Assembly: GCA_048772705.1 (NCBI GenBank)
Contig: JBLWGC010000194.1
Location: 154,183-218,182 of the forward strand
Reading direction: 5' to 3'
DNA length: 64,000 nucleotides
Source of the DNA: Leidyana gryllorum EB-2025a
Lineage: Eukaryota; Protista; Apicomplexa
Shown here one piece after another: positions 47,885-59,665 of this stretch; the stretch's first letter is position 1; the number at the start of each line of letters is the position of its first letter. A program made the translations under genes and the position numbers. The notes beneath the pieces are model-generated. The model saw only the letters and a program-made list of their open reading frames with translations. It did not search any database and was not told where the DNA came from.

Positions 47885-49269
47885 CTACTTTGGGATCAGT
47901 GGTCCTTGACATATCTCTCTGACTACTTCCCAATGTTTGCTGGTGAAAGGTTTGTCTGCAACCCACAATGACACACCAGCGCCTTCCGATCTCGGCTCCG
48001 AACACTTACTCAGTACACATCTCTCCACTGCTCCACGACACTTGTCTGCCCATCCAATGTCGAGAGAGTCGGTGAAAACTTGAACACCTTTGCAGACTCC
48101 TTCCACGATGTCCAACCGTACCTCCTGTGGTCGCGCTGTCACAATCTCCGCGGCGTATCTGCTCACCAAGAGGCCATGGGCGGTCATTTCAGTCATTGCT
48201 GCGGCAAAGGGCGGAGTGGTTCCTAACAGCCATCGGTGGTCGGTCAATTTGTCAAAGTGATTTTCATAGGCCTCATCCTGCAGGAGAGGATGATTCTCGT
48301 CAATCTCGATTGCTTTAGAATGGTGATCCAGATCCATATTCCTCACGAAGCTTCTGTGCAAAGCTTCATTCAACTGTGTGTGAGAAAGAGAGAGAGAGAG
48401 ATAGAGAGTTGACCTTTGCCCAGACATACCTCTGCGTGGCTCAGCCCTCGAACAAAGTCCCGCAAATTCACGACTCGCGTCCTGGATGAGGGAGTCGCGC
48501 GATTCTGAGAGAGAGAGAATTGAGTGATCGGGTGTGTAATTGGCTGATACCTTGAGAATCTTCAACGCGTGGGGAGTCAGGTATCGTTCCAAAGCTGACA
48601 GATCGGTTTGGCGCATTATGGTGCCGTGATGCAAAGATTTGTCATCGGTTACGCGAAAGGCGGCCCCAGAGAACTGCGGCGAAAGGTGTGATTGGACACT
48701 CAGTCGTCTGGAGACGGAACAAAATCTTTCACCTTGTAGCCGCCAATGGTCATGTCATTGCGTCCAGACTCTTCCGCTTGGATTCCTGCGAGCAGAACGA
48801 AAGCCGTTTTACGACTTGCGCCGAGCTGAGATCAGTACCGAATTCATCGCGAAGTGCCTCTTTGATGATCCCGTTCCCCGTAGACTTGTTCAGTTTACGG
48901 TTGGGGAACATGAAGGAGTAGATACTCACACCCAGGTCCTAGTTGTAAAGTGTCGGAAAGGAGGCGGGACGATTGACGGAGCCCTACGTGATAGACGGCA
49001 CCACCTCCCGAGTATCGACGGGAAAGCGCAACATTGTCTGCCGTCATCTTATTTAAAGCACACTCAGACCATGGATTCTGGTTACGACCGATAACTACAC
49101 AGGGTTTGTTTCTCCATAGAAGAAGTAGCGGTTGATTCAGCGAGCATTTGTCCAGGATGGCAGCTTCAAGGGCGAGATTCTTGTGGATGCTATTGAGATT
49201 AGAGATCAAAGTGGTGGGTGCTTTGTTTCCCTTGAAGAAATGGGTTATTGGAAACCTGCCAACACTCAT
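47885..49269 (-). CDS. lplA: Lipoate-protein ligase (LplA type, lipoate salvage)
   Basis: NLALE, LWRNKPCVVIGRNQNPWSEC, RRYSGGGAVYH|DLG, GRNDM..K|FSGAAF, HHGT and SSRTRVVNL after removing six introns. Short basic, non-acidic N-terminal leader. Confidence 0.93.
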
Positions 49270-50825
49270 CGTGTCTGTAAATTTCCACCATCAATATAGG
49301 CCGTATCCACGCCCAATGCCGCATCTAAGCTCGGCCGGATTATGTCCGAGGGCGCTGAAACGGCCCTCTCCCACTCCGGAGTCATCAATGAGGTCAAACG
49401 GTTGTCGGGGGCACTTTTTCGCCGCACCATGGAAGCGTGTTTGGGGCTGATCCGGTCTGTCAGAACCAGATATGGTGCTGCCAATGCTACTGTCGTCATA
49501 GTCAAGAGAATTCGAGATGGGTATCGGAGCCGATCGGTGTCTGGCGAGGCGTAGGCCGCCGCAATGTGAACCACACACACTACCAAAGCCGCTCCCCCCA
49601 AAACTCGTTCCTGCCATGGGGCGTGCGCTCGCTGGCCGCAGAGATGCTGGACCACTCCGCTGATGGTGCTGAGGGTCACAGGCGCGATGAAGAGAAAGGT
49701 GAGCATCGCTGTCCAGGAACAGAGGCCCGCTACGGACTGTCTGTTGACGAATACAACGGACACTGACAATATTAGAGAGAGAAGCCACACCACAAAGAGT
49801 GTATGGCCTAAACTGAGAATTCGTGTCATAAAGGCGAAAGCCAATTTGCTCAGAAACGCTAAAGGTAAACAAATGCCTGCAGTTGCCAACAACGCCATTA
49901 TTGCACAAACAAAAGTGGACATCAGAGACTTACGGAAGACCAGTAGGCGCATAGTGGGCTTGGTTCCAACTAACTGTACTGTGTGGCTGACCACCACTGA
50001 GATGGACAAAAGTACGGTGACGGCCCATATGTAGCAAACAGCCAGATCAATCCCTTTGGACCTTTTGGAAGGGAAGTAAGAGAACACCTCTGGGGGAGGA
50101 GGGGGTGACTCTGCGGCTTCGAGAGCTGCGACTTCGTCATTCGATATGGCTTCCCACGGGATCGGCGTGCTGGTGCGGATCCCCACTCCCCATTCGGAGG
50201 CTGGGAGTTTCAAACCCCGGACGAAGCGACCCCATACTCCTCGAGGAGGGGGCTGAGCTGACTTGTAGAGGGAGTACATTGTGGTTCGGCCGTCTCGGAG
50301 GATGATGGCCGACGCCAATATGCCGATTAGGGGGGGAATGAGCAAAAAGGGCCCGAACTGCAGGAGACGCGGCCCCACTAATACCGGGAGAAGAGTGGCA
50401 GCGTAGACCGCTGCGACCAGGGTCAAGAGCCATGGACGGTGTCCATCGACACTGAGACCCTTCACCCTCGCCTGAGCAGCAGCTGTGTAGCATAAGGGAG
50501 TGCTGATTGCGAGAAATGCAACGGAGAGAGCACGAGGAATGTCGACTTCATACTTCTCATGAACATACAACCCTAACCAGCCCAGGAAAGACAGGGTATA
50601 CCCAGTGATTGACAGGTATGCTGGGCGACCTTCATATCGAGACCAGCCCGATGCGATGGGATAAGAGGCAAAGAAGAGGGCTAGAAGGATTGAAGGGGTC
50701 ACATAGCTGAACAGTTTGGGTAAAAAATGTTGCGTATGTGGATAGATGACCTCCAGGAGTGCCAGTTGATCGAAAACTATTATACCATTGGGCAGAAGGG
50801 CCAGTATCAAAGCAAGATACAACAT
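49266..50825 (-). CDS. Multi-pass membrane protein, possibly a divergent MFS-like 6+6 TM transporter
   Basis: About 519 aa from ATG 50825; two hydrophobic halves separated by a Pro-rich loop. No family motif recognised. Confidence 0.7.
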   Translation of the reverse strand: MLYLALILALLPNGIIVFDQLALLEVIYPHTQHFLPKLFSYVTPSILLALFFASYPIASGWSRYEGRPAYLSITGYTLSFLGWLGLYVHEKYEVDIPRALSVAFLAISTPLCYTAAAQARVKGLSVDGHRPWLLTLVAAVYAATLLPVLVGPRLLQFGPFLLIPPLIGILASAIILRDGRTTMYSLYKSAQPPPRGVWGRFVRGLKLPASEWGVGIRTSTPIPWEAISNDEVAALEAAESPPPPPEVFSYFPSKRSKGIDLAVCYIWAVTVLLSISVVVSHTVQLVGTKPTMRLLVFRKSLMSTFVCAIMALLATAGICLPLAFLSKLAFAFMTRILSLGHTLFVVWLLSLILSVSVVFVNRQSVAGLCSWTAMLTFLFIAPVTLSTISGVVQHLCGQRAHAPWQERVLGGAALVVCVVHIAAAYASPDTDRLRYPSRILLTMTTVALAAPYLVLTDRISPKHASMVRRKSAPDNRLTSLMTPEWERAVSAPSDIIRPSLDAALGVDTAYIDGGNLQTR

Positions 50826-50851
50826 CCTACTGTTTGTTTGCCTAGCCAAAC

Positions 50852-51319
50852 ATGCGCCAGCAGTATCTGGAAGCAGCTAGGGCCCATGGGGAAGCTCGTT
50901 TGGCCTCCCGCAGTGACCAAGCAAATTTCATAGCACTGGAAACACGCTTAGCGAATCAAGTGCTGGCTGACATCGATATCGATCAACCTCCTCCTCCCAA
51001 TATCCCTGTTCGTCAGAAAGATGACGAGGAGCTCGCCTCATGTACGGACGAATTGATTGCGACTCATTTCCGGTCTCCCACAATGGGTGATGGGGGAGAG
51101 AATTTGGCACAGACTCAATTGGATGCTGATGCTGCTGCCGATGCAGCAGCTACTGAGACTATAGTTCAAGAGACATACAATGCTGTAAAGGCCAGACTGG
51201 CTCGGCCTCCTCACTTGAAAGAGCTACTGGACTCGGAAAGGTTGCAGTGGGAAACAGCCACTAAATCGCTCCACTGGTGGGGAATGCGGTTGTCTGAGTT
51301 GGTTCGGGACCCGCAATGA
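50852..51319 (+). CDS. Hypothetical helical protein (155 aa)
   Basis: ATG-initiated ORF that fills the gap between its two neighbours. Confidence 0.6.
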   Translation: MRQQYLEAARAHGEARLASRSDQANFIALETRLANQVLADIDIDQPPPPNIPVRQKDDEELASCTDELIATHFRSPTMGDGGENLAQTQLDADAAADAAATETIVQETYNAVKARLARPPHLKELLDSERLQWETATKSLHWWGMRLSELVRDPQ

Positions 51320-51426
51320 GAGAGAGAAGGAGAGGTTTGTTGTGGACGGCCAGATGGGAACGATGACTTTGATACAGAGCGAGTCGGCGTCTGTGTTTGC
51401 TGAAACGAGGACGAAAATCCGTTTGC

Positions 51427-53498
51427 CTACAGAGTCTCATCTGCAAGACTCAAGCCCTCCAACAAACGAATCAAGCCTTGGTCGGTTGAGGCTTTCGCCA
51501 TCTTGGGGTTGCGGTAAATGTCAACGTGTTGTCGTAAGTCCTCGTGGTCTTCCAATTCCGTCTTGAAGGCTTCGATGTCTTCTTGGCGAGTTACAGGTTG
51601 GTTCCTGGTGGTTTCGACGGTCTTGTTGAGTTGCTTGAGCACCCACGCCCTTGTCTTAGCCGCCTGTTGTTTGCGTACTAAGACTACGCCATATGGGACC
51701 TTTTAGTTAATGTGAATTTGATGAGAAGGTACTAACAACACCTACCCGCTTTTCGAGGTATTGAGACACTTCGGGATCATTGTCCATGCGTGTGAGATCA
51801 TATCCCAGCACAATGTCACCTGCCTGTAAAAGAGCGCCCAAATGAGTCCTCGTCTCTATAATTTCGTCCCGAACACCCAAATCGCTCAGTCTCGCTATCT
51901 CGACTTGAGCCAATTTGAACTGATGATGAGCTCCCCAAGCCTTCTTGACGGTGCTCTTCTGCTCATCGGTCTCCATCATGCCGAATAGATAGCGTCCCGG
52001 CACCCCAGTAGTCTTGAGCTCATCCAGACTCAGCTCTTTGACGCAGAGTACCATGAACTGAACCAGATCACCGCGTGTCATCACTGGTTGGGAACGGCAA
52101 TAAAATAGTAGCGCTCTCTTCGATAGACTTACGTGGAATCGGTCGTTGGCGATCACTCTTCTTCCAGTACTGCTCGCCGGCAATGTCGACGCCATCCAAA
52201 GTATAGGGGTCCGTCAAGTGTATTCCGTTGGTAATCTTGTTACACATCATAATCTGAGCCTTGCCTCCCAGCTGGTTGGCTGTACTGGTAGGAATCCACA
52301 CCTGAGATGAGTCAACCAATCGTTTTCAAGCAACGCCAGCAGCCCACTCACCAAGTCGTCGCGACAAATCGGTGCAATCTCCACTGGATACACAGACTTG
52401 TTGTGCGCAGTGTTGTTTTTGGAGTCGTGACTGATGAGCTGTTTGTTCTCCTTCCCAATCCGTATCGGGAAGAAGGCTTTCAGCCACTCCATAAAGTGCA
52501 CCGCGTCCGCAACCCGGTGGAAACAAAAGTCCATTCCATCGGGATTATCGATAATGTTGACGCATTCCTGCAATTAATTGCCCACTTTTATCAGAAACAA
52601 GGTGCCGCCGTCCACTCACCGAATGCGCCTTGTGCTTCAGCACCAACTGTTCCAGGAACAACATGGTACGCTTGTGTTTCGTTCGCTGCCGAACTTGTAC
52701 CTTTGCAATCCACAGGTGAGGAGTGACTGATTTTGTACACTCCGCGCACTGCTTGTGTCCCACTACATACTCGATCACCATTGTCTGACGCAAGGTCGCT
52801 CCCCGGAAGACATCCTTCTCAACCACGAGTTGAACTTTGATCCTCCGACTATGGGATTCAGTCCAAATAAACTTGGTGTCCACCAGCCGAAGCCCTTTGG
52901 ACTTTAGCTTATCTTCCACCTTCTTCACGCACAGAGCCAAAAGCTCCCGAGACTCCCACTCGACTCGCAGGTATGCGGTAGGATCTTTTTCGTACCGGTG
53001 GCACGACCGGCACTGATTGACAACTTCGGTCAACGGGATGCCTTGAGTGATGTCCATATTCAGGCAATTCAGACAAACTCGAGCCTCATTAACCTCTGTC
53101 TGAACTCCACACGCGCAACACGCGATCGTCCCCGTTTGAGTTACATCAATGGGTCTCCCAGTGGGCCCTAATTGAAGCCCCGCCCGTTGCCGCGTGTTGC
53201 TGTCCGGCGTGGCGTTCATTCTCTCATGCAATGCCTCGCTCAGTCCGGGGGTGCGTTCTATAAAAGCTTCAAGTTGACTCTGCTCTGCTTGGACAGCGGC
53301 GGCTTGCGCCCGCAACTCCACCATCCGGTTTTCATCGATCTCACTCAGATGCAGTACCTGAGCCTTTCGAGCCTCCAATGTAGCAAACTCATTCTCCAAT
53401 TGGCCTTTGGTATCTTGAATAGAACGAATATTCTCTAACAATCTCTCTACCAGCTCCGATGGCTGAAGAGTCTCAAGTTGCTGTATAAGGCTGGACAT
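51427..53498 (-). CDS. NMD3: 60S ribosomal export adaptor NMD3 with an N-terminal coiled-coil extension
   Basis: CCACG..CLNC, CRSCHRY, WESRELLALC, FIWTESHSRRIKV, QCAEC, VQVRQR..HKRTMLFLEQL, KQLISHD, RTHLGALL.AGD.VLGYDL and ELEDHEDLRQHVDIYR. Multi-exon. Confidence 0.95.
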
Positions 53499-53538
53499 GG
53501 ACTCCCCAAAACCAGTCTGAAATGGGTTCAAAAACAAA

Positions 53539-56500
53539 TTATAACGTGCTACGGCACGCTCGGGAGGGGGTCTTGCCAGTGCTGTGCAAGAGCGCTTCCA
53601 AGGCCTCTGCCGTCTGCGAAAACTGACTTCTATGCAGACAACAACCTCCACTGACCTCTTCCTTCTGCCCCTCCGGCCTATAAGACGAAAAGCGCCGCGA
53701 CTGCCGTTCCCGAGCCGAATTGGCGTTCGCGGCTCCGGTCCTCTCGGGGCTAACGTTAGTACTTTTCGCGCCTAATAAACTCAGTGCCGTCCACGGACGA
53801 AGATTCCGCACGAACCACTCACCGTTACTCCCACCAACCAATCCTCGAATCAGACCTCGGATGACTTCCCCCACGAACAATCGTATGGGAGGCGGTAGCT
53901 GATAGAAGAAAGTTGCTCCCAAGCCCGCTCATGCTACTCACGTGCTGCAACCATTTGCTGCTAAGCGTCATAGTATCCACCTTCGCTTCACCAGTGAAGC
54001 TCTGATAAACCTGCTCGAGCAGCACCGCAGCTTCCTCTGGGTGTCCCATGCTCTTGCTCTCTTTGAGAACGTATTTGGTCAGACTCAGCAACCCATTCAG
54101 TCGTGGGTGGACACGACTGCATAGGTGTCCAGGCAGACTCAAAGGTGATGTCAGGACGTGACTGCCGCTCGTGCCGCCGCTTGCAGCACCTCGGTGTCGT
54201 TTACCGGGAGGCTGGTTCTCATCCTCTTCGCCCCCAGTCTCCCCTGCACCTTCAGCTTCGATCACCAAGCTTCCGTCCCCCTCGAAACGCCAGTTTGGAG
54301 GCCAAGGATTGGCATCGGCAAACGAGAAACAGCAGAATAACGCAAACGTAGAGTATAGATCCAGAAGTGCGATACGTTCTGAACGTGTTTTGTAGAAATA
54401 TCGGGGCGCGAAGCTTACTGGAAGCAATTAAAGCGCGCAGCAGTCGATTTATATGATCCCAGAAGGCCAGATAGTGGACAAAGAAGACTGCAGTGCACCG
54501 AGCGTCAAGACAAGTCCCTCACATGACTCACGGCGGCCCGAGGACGCAGTCAGACACAACATCCAACGTAGCATCAGATTTCGAACTCCATACAGTGACT
54601 CCTGAACAGGCTGGTCGTCATCTTTGGGGTCCCCTGGTGTAACGAACATTGAGACAGCACCCAGACAATCGCAGATCGCGCTGTGAAATCGAGAGAAAAG
54701 CCCATTGAGGGTGTATGTGTTTGCGCCCATGTCTTACGCATATAATTGACGTTCGCGAGCGGCCAGGCGGGGAGGGACATCGTCTCGTAAGACGCTTGAG
54801 CCGGAGAGGAGTAAACGACCCAAGAGCTCTTCTTCAAATCGATCTGTTGACTGCAAGCGATTGCACAAGCGTTGGAAGGAGTCTTGAAGGCCATGAATTC
54901 TAGTCATATCCCCCAGATGGAGGAGTACAGTAGTGGCCAGTCTTATACCCTCCATCCAGAAAGCAAAGTATGTTTGGTCGGCTGGCAGCACAGAGTCGGG
55001 GGAGTCGATGAGGTGCTGGATCAACGTTTCACAAAGTTTGACAACACTTCTGGTCGGGATGGAATTGAGTTTATACAGATTGATCAGGCGATCGATCTAC
55101 TCACGGCTGGATGCTTTCTTCGCCGAAGACTCCTAAGCTGCGATGGGAGTTACGATGCAGATGGACAGATGATTTCATGCCCCACTCGAGGATTTTCGGG
55201 AGAGCGCTTAAGAACATCAACGCCACATTCACATCGCTCGGCTCCAATCGGCTCTCGGAGCCAAGGAGGTGATTGATGATCGCCGCCAGCGCTTCGGTGA
55301 GTGTACTGACCACGTCGTTGATGTACTGGGCCACGATATCGGACTGACAACTGTCGCACAGTTGCAGTAGTTGTGTCCAGGCCCTATCAGGAGGTATCCG
55401 ACAAGTCATCAAAGGAGAGAGGGGGTATCGGAGAAGGTAATGATGTGGATGTTTCCTCACTCAGATCCTATTGCTTGGCATTGCATTGTGGCGCTCGTAA
55501 CAGCATTCGTGATATCCTCGCCTGGACGGTAGCCAGGTGTGAGCAACAAAGCTCGCAAGACCTAAGGGAAGAGGATGAAGCGGAAGAGCACTGATTAGAC
55601 GATGACCCACCTGTACAACAGAGTAACCGTACAGATCAGTTGCCGTGCGGTTTAGGGCCAACATACACCCTTCGCGTATGTAAGGGACGAATTGATGGGC
55701 GGGGAACTTGGAGGTAAAGAAAGGAATGAGCTGCTCGGCAGGAAGAGGCTCTTCCCCTGCTGGATTCCGCCTCTTTGATGTGCGTTGCTTGGCTTTGGTC
55801 TTGCCCGTCTTAGTTGCCTTGATGGGTACGGTAAGCAAAAGCTCAGCAGCGACATTGTTCAAGACGCTACCCAGCACAGCCCCCTCGATGGTGAGAACGT
55901 TGGGGTCGACTGCAGCACCACTATGGTGATGAGCAGTCATGAAAAGAGCTGCTGACAACCGAAGTCGGTCAAGAGGAGCTGCCTGCTTCTGTGAGTGGTA
56001 GTGACCATCCAACAACAGCAGACCACACAGAGAGACTCACTCGACTGAATCGCAGCAGGGGAGACAACACCGCCGGAGACTCTCGGGCTACCTTTAGTAG
56101 CTTGTCCACCTGACTAGTGACGTTGCTGTGCTTCTCATACAACGATGCAGAGAGCAGAATCGCCTGCAAAGAGCAGTTGTTTGCGTCGGGACCTTGACTG
56201 AAAGGAGGCGGGAAGAGAAGTCAAGTGAATTTGTGTGAGTGTGAGTGGTACCAATGTCTCGCAAATTTGGTAGGATGTAGATTTCAGAGGGTCGTAATGA
56301 GCTGTGGACGATTTGCAATGTTAAATGGTTCAGCCATCTCACGGGTTGACGCTTGTTCTATTTCGACAGTGACACTTTCACAAAGGAGTCTTCGGAAGAT
56401 CTCGGGTAGGGGGCACACAACGGCGAAATGGTACTCCGGAATGTGTCTGTTGAGGAAGTGTGACTCGATAGCACACTCAGTTCAGGACACACCCGCAAGC

Positions 56501-58254
56501 AAAGAGAAGTTTCGCCATTGCCAATCGCACAGATGGGTTGTGGTCGTGCAGAGAATTCTTCAGTTGCGGTAATCCCGCTTTGAGCGGCTCCTGTGCCAGA
56601 GGATGGGCAACCAAAGTCGTCAGTCCCTGAAGAGTGGCTTCCCGAACGACAGCGGAAGCCGTGTCTCGAGCTGCGAGACATATACAATCCCTCTGCCTCG
56701 TTTCTTACACAATTTCTCGATCAAATCGCACAATAGCTGAGTGACAATTGCAGCCGGGATAATTTCCCAACAATTGAACAATAAGACAGGAATACTCTTG
56801 GCAGCGATCGCTCTCACTTGAGGGTGAGGATCGTGGATGAAACGAAGTAAGCATTGAAGATTTCTGCAGCCATCACAAATGCGTATATCCAGCCAGCCGG
56901 GTGCACAAAAGGCTCACCGGCCCATTTCAAGCTCGTATTCACGAGCGGGAAGCGACAAATCCACAAGAGGGAAGGTTCGACAAAAGATCACTACGGCGCT
57001 TTGGCGCACTTTCCAATTAGCAGCATGGAGGAGCTCGTGTAGTATCCCTGGGAGCGTTCGGCAGAGGAACTCAGCAGTCACAGCGTCACTAAAGCGACCA
57101 TTCAAACATCGCTTCAACACTACGGCCGTTACCGATCATTGTGGAAGGAGCTCAGCAACAAGGCATATCGGGTTGAGACAGGTTTGTCACTCTTCAGGCA
57201 CAGGTGTGTCCATTTCTCGATCACATGCTCCATGGCGAACTGCGCCATATCTACTTACCGGACATCCTATACCTCTATCTCACCTTGATGGGCGGGTCAG
57301 AAGCGACTTTCCAGGCCATATGCCAAATTGCAGCTAGCGACTCAATCAAAGGAGTCCCCTCATTCACGACCGTCGGAGCGCCAGTGGCCACTAGTGACTC
57401 CACCAGTACCACTGCCTCGTCAATAAGTGTGCTATCAATGGACCCTAAGCACCACGCCAAGAATTTCTGTCCGTCAGTCCTGCAATCATCAGTTGCCACA
57501 ACTCACACCTTAGCCATTACCCGTGGAATACAGGTTCCAGGAAGCTCTTGACCAATTGTCGACGAGCTAGTCGTCCCGCTGCACTTCCACCTCGAAAAGT
57601 CTTGAATAACTCTCGACTTTGATATAATTCCTTTAGTCCGCTCGCTTTACCCTGACGAGAATAGACAACCAACAATGACGAATGCTCAGATAGTCACTGA
57701 CAAACCTTCCGACTACTCTTGTGGAGTAACATGATGGCCTCTAGTATGGTTCCAACGTCGCCCAGATCAGCTTTAACCCGCCGCAAGGCCTGCAACCCTT
57801 TCTCCTGCATCCGAACCAGTGCAGGATGCAACAGTAGAGCTGTTGCATCACTCAAAGATGACCCCTTGAGTGAGTGAGTCATTCCTTACTGCCTAGCGAC
57901 ACGAGTAGTGATGTCGGTAGAGGAGTTGGAGCCTCGCCATCGGCCATACTATCTCCATTCAGTTCTTCGCTTCTGCTATTCAGTGACTCAATCAGGCCTT
58001 CAACCCAAGCTCGCATCTCATCCTGAGCGGCCAAAAGTCATCCTAACGGTCAGACAACTCACCCCGTCAGCAATACTACCACCATCCTCCAAGATCAAAG
58101 CTACTCTATAACGCAAGGCGACCTCCAAAGCTTCAACATTATCAAATCCAAGCTCTTGATACTCGACATTCTTCAGCTTGCCGCTATCCCCAGTGGCGGA
58201 CATACTATCGAACATGGATGCACACACTATGTGTTGTTGGTTGTTCGTTTCCAT
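53539..58254 (-). CDS. NCAPG2: Condensin II HEAT subunit CAP-G2, intron-rich
   Basis: LHAANWKVRQSAVVIFCRTFPLVD, HDPHPQVRAIA..WEIIP and FAVVCPLPEIFRRL match the CAP-G2 motifs ARNSEVRSNA..FPIRD, EDPYPMVR..WEMMP and FWKICPMEHILVRL. Gene ends are approximate. Confidence 0.8.
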
Positions 58255-58273
58255 GCTAAACCTTGTGTCGTCA

Positions 58274-58669
58274 ATGAACCTGCCTCTCGGAATTCCGAAT
58301 GTTATACCGAAGATGAGGTAAGTGGACAGTTCTTACGGTCATATGAGGCTTTATTACAGTAATACAGCTCTATATCCTCTCGATCAGCAAGTGAGTACAC
58401 GTTGACGGATGAGCGGACAAACACCGATTCAGCGAACAATGCAAGCGGGAGAGCCAATTAGGATCTCAGTGTCTAAAACGGTTCCCAAGCTAGGCTCAGT
58501 ACTGGCTGAAAACGCGGCTGCTGCTACAGAAGGTGCTGTCGCTCAATTACTCGCCAAAACCAGACTGCTGAACAACGAATGGGAAGAATATATAAACGAG
58601 AAGGAATCTATCAACACCTGGTTGAATCATGTTGAACGACGATTCAGAAAAGCATCAAAGGGGACATGA
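58274..58669 (+). CDS. Small helical/coiled-coil hypothetical protein (about 100 aa, two introns)
   Basis: ATG 58274 (or in-frame 58253). The introns gtaagt..tacag and gtgagt..ttcag join into the ORF ending LNNEWEEYINEKESINTWLNHVERRF. Confidence 0.55.
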
Positions 58670-58787
58670 ATATGTCTGTGTGTGTGTCTACTTCTTGCAC
58701 ACAAAATTGTGTTTCAGAGGCAGACAAGGTTGATTAAATCAGTCTGTGGATTGCAGTCATTTATTTCTTCGGCACCCGGTACCCAGC

Positions 58788-59506
58788 ATGGAGAAGCAAC
58801 GTCATCGTGTAGGTTTGAGCTTCCCAATATTCCATTATGGTCGCAGATCCTTTCACAAAATCCGTTGAAGCGTTACATCGCTGATCCGGGCGCGATGGGG
58901 CTCTTCGCTTTCGCAGTGATCACTTTCGTGGCTGCCACAATTCATATGGGCTGGATGCATCACTCGATGGCGGGAATTTACGCACCGGCTATTGCCTATG
59001 GTGGCCTGGTCCAGGTATTTGCTGGTTTGTTGGACTTGTTGAGAGGCGAAAAGGTATGATCAGTTTGATCACTCAAATAATCGATCTCTTAGGTGTCTGG
59101 ATCAACTTTCCTTGCATTTGGATTTTACTGGGTCTCACAAGGATGGTGGAACTACCCCGGCGTAGAAGAAATCATGCTTCTGAGATTTGAGGGCCGTGAG
59201 GATGAGCTGCGTATTATCAAGGGCTGGTATGTACTGGCCTGGGGGTTTGTTGCCTTTGCTACCCTCCTTGCCATGCTACGCACGACTGTCGTGCAAATCA
59301 TCCTCCTTTGTCTCGTTACTTTCGATTTCACTGGTTTGGGCATCTTGAATTTGGCGCCCTCGGACACATTCGAGAAAATCTTGGGTTACGTTTTACTCGT
59401 CACTGCTTTGCTCGCGTGGTACGTGGGCGTCGCACTGTTGTGCCAGGATAAGTCTCCGGTGGTGTTACCTTTGTGGCCAGTCGGACCGACTGAGGACGAA
59501 GAGTAA
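58788..59506 (+). CDS. GPR1/FUN34/YaaH (SatP/Ato) acetate-carboxylate channel family protein
   Basis: ADPGAMGLFAFA (family NPAPLGL), YGGLVQVFAG, FLAFGFYW and AWY. Introns gtaggt..cgcag and 59054-59092. The start is predicted. Confidence 0.88.
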
Positions 59507-59665
59507 GTTTCTTATATTTGTGTTGGTCGTATCTCATGTGTTCGTAGTGATTGGAACAATCCCTCTCTTCGCGATGCGCGGGCTGACTCGGTCTCAAATG
59601 CCGTTTAAGTCAATTCACTTCGAGTTATTTTTTGCTTTCAGTATTTGCTCGTGACCTGTGCCTGT

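Noticed and set aside
48375-48570. (GA)n microsatellites and odd SLSLS peptides in the lplA ORF translation
   Set aside because: These are polypyrimidine tracts of two introns; the real exon between them is in another frame (NRATPSSRTRVVNL).
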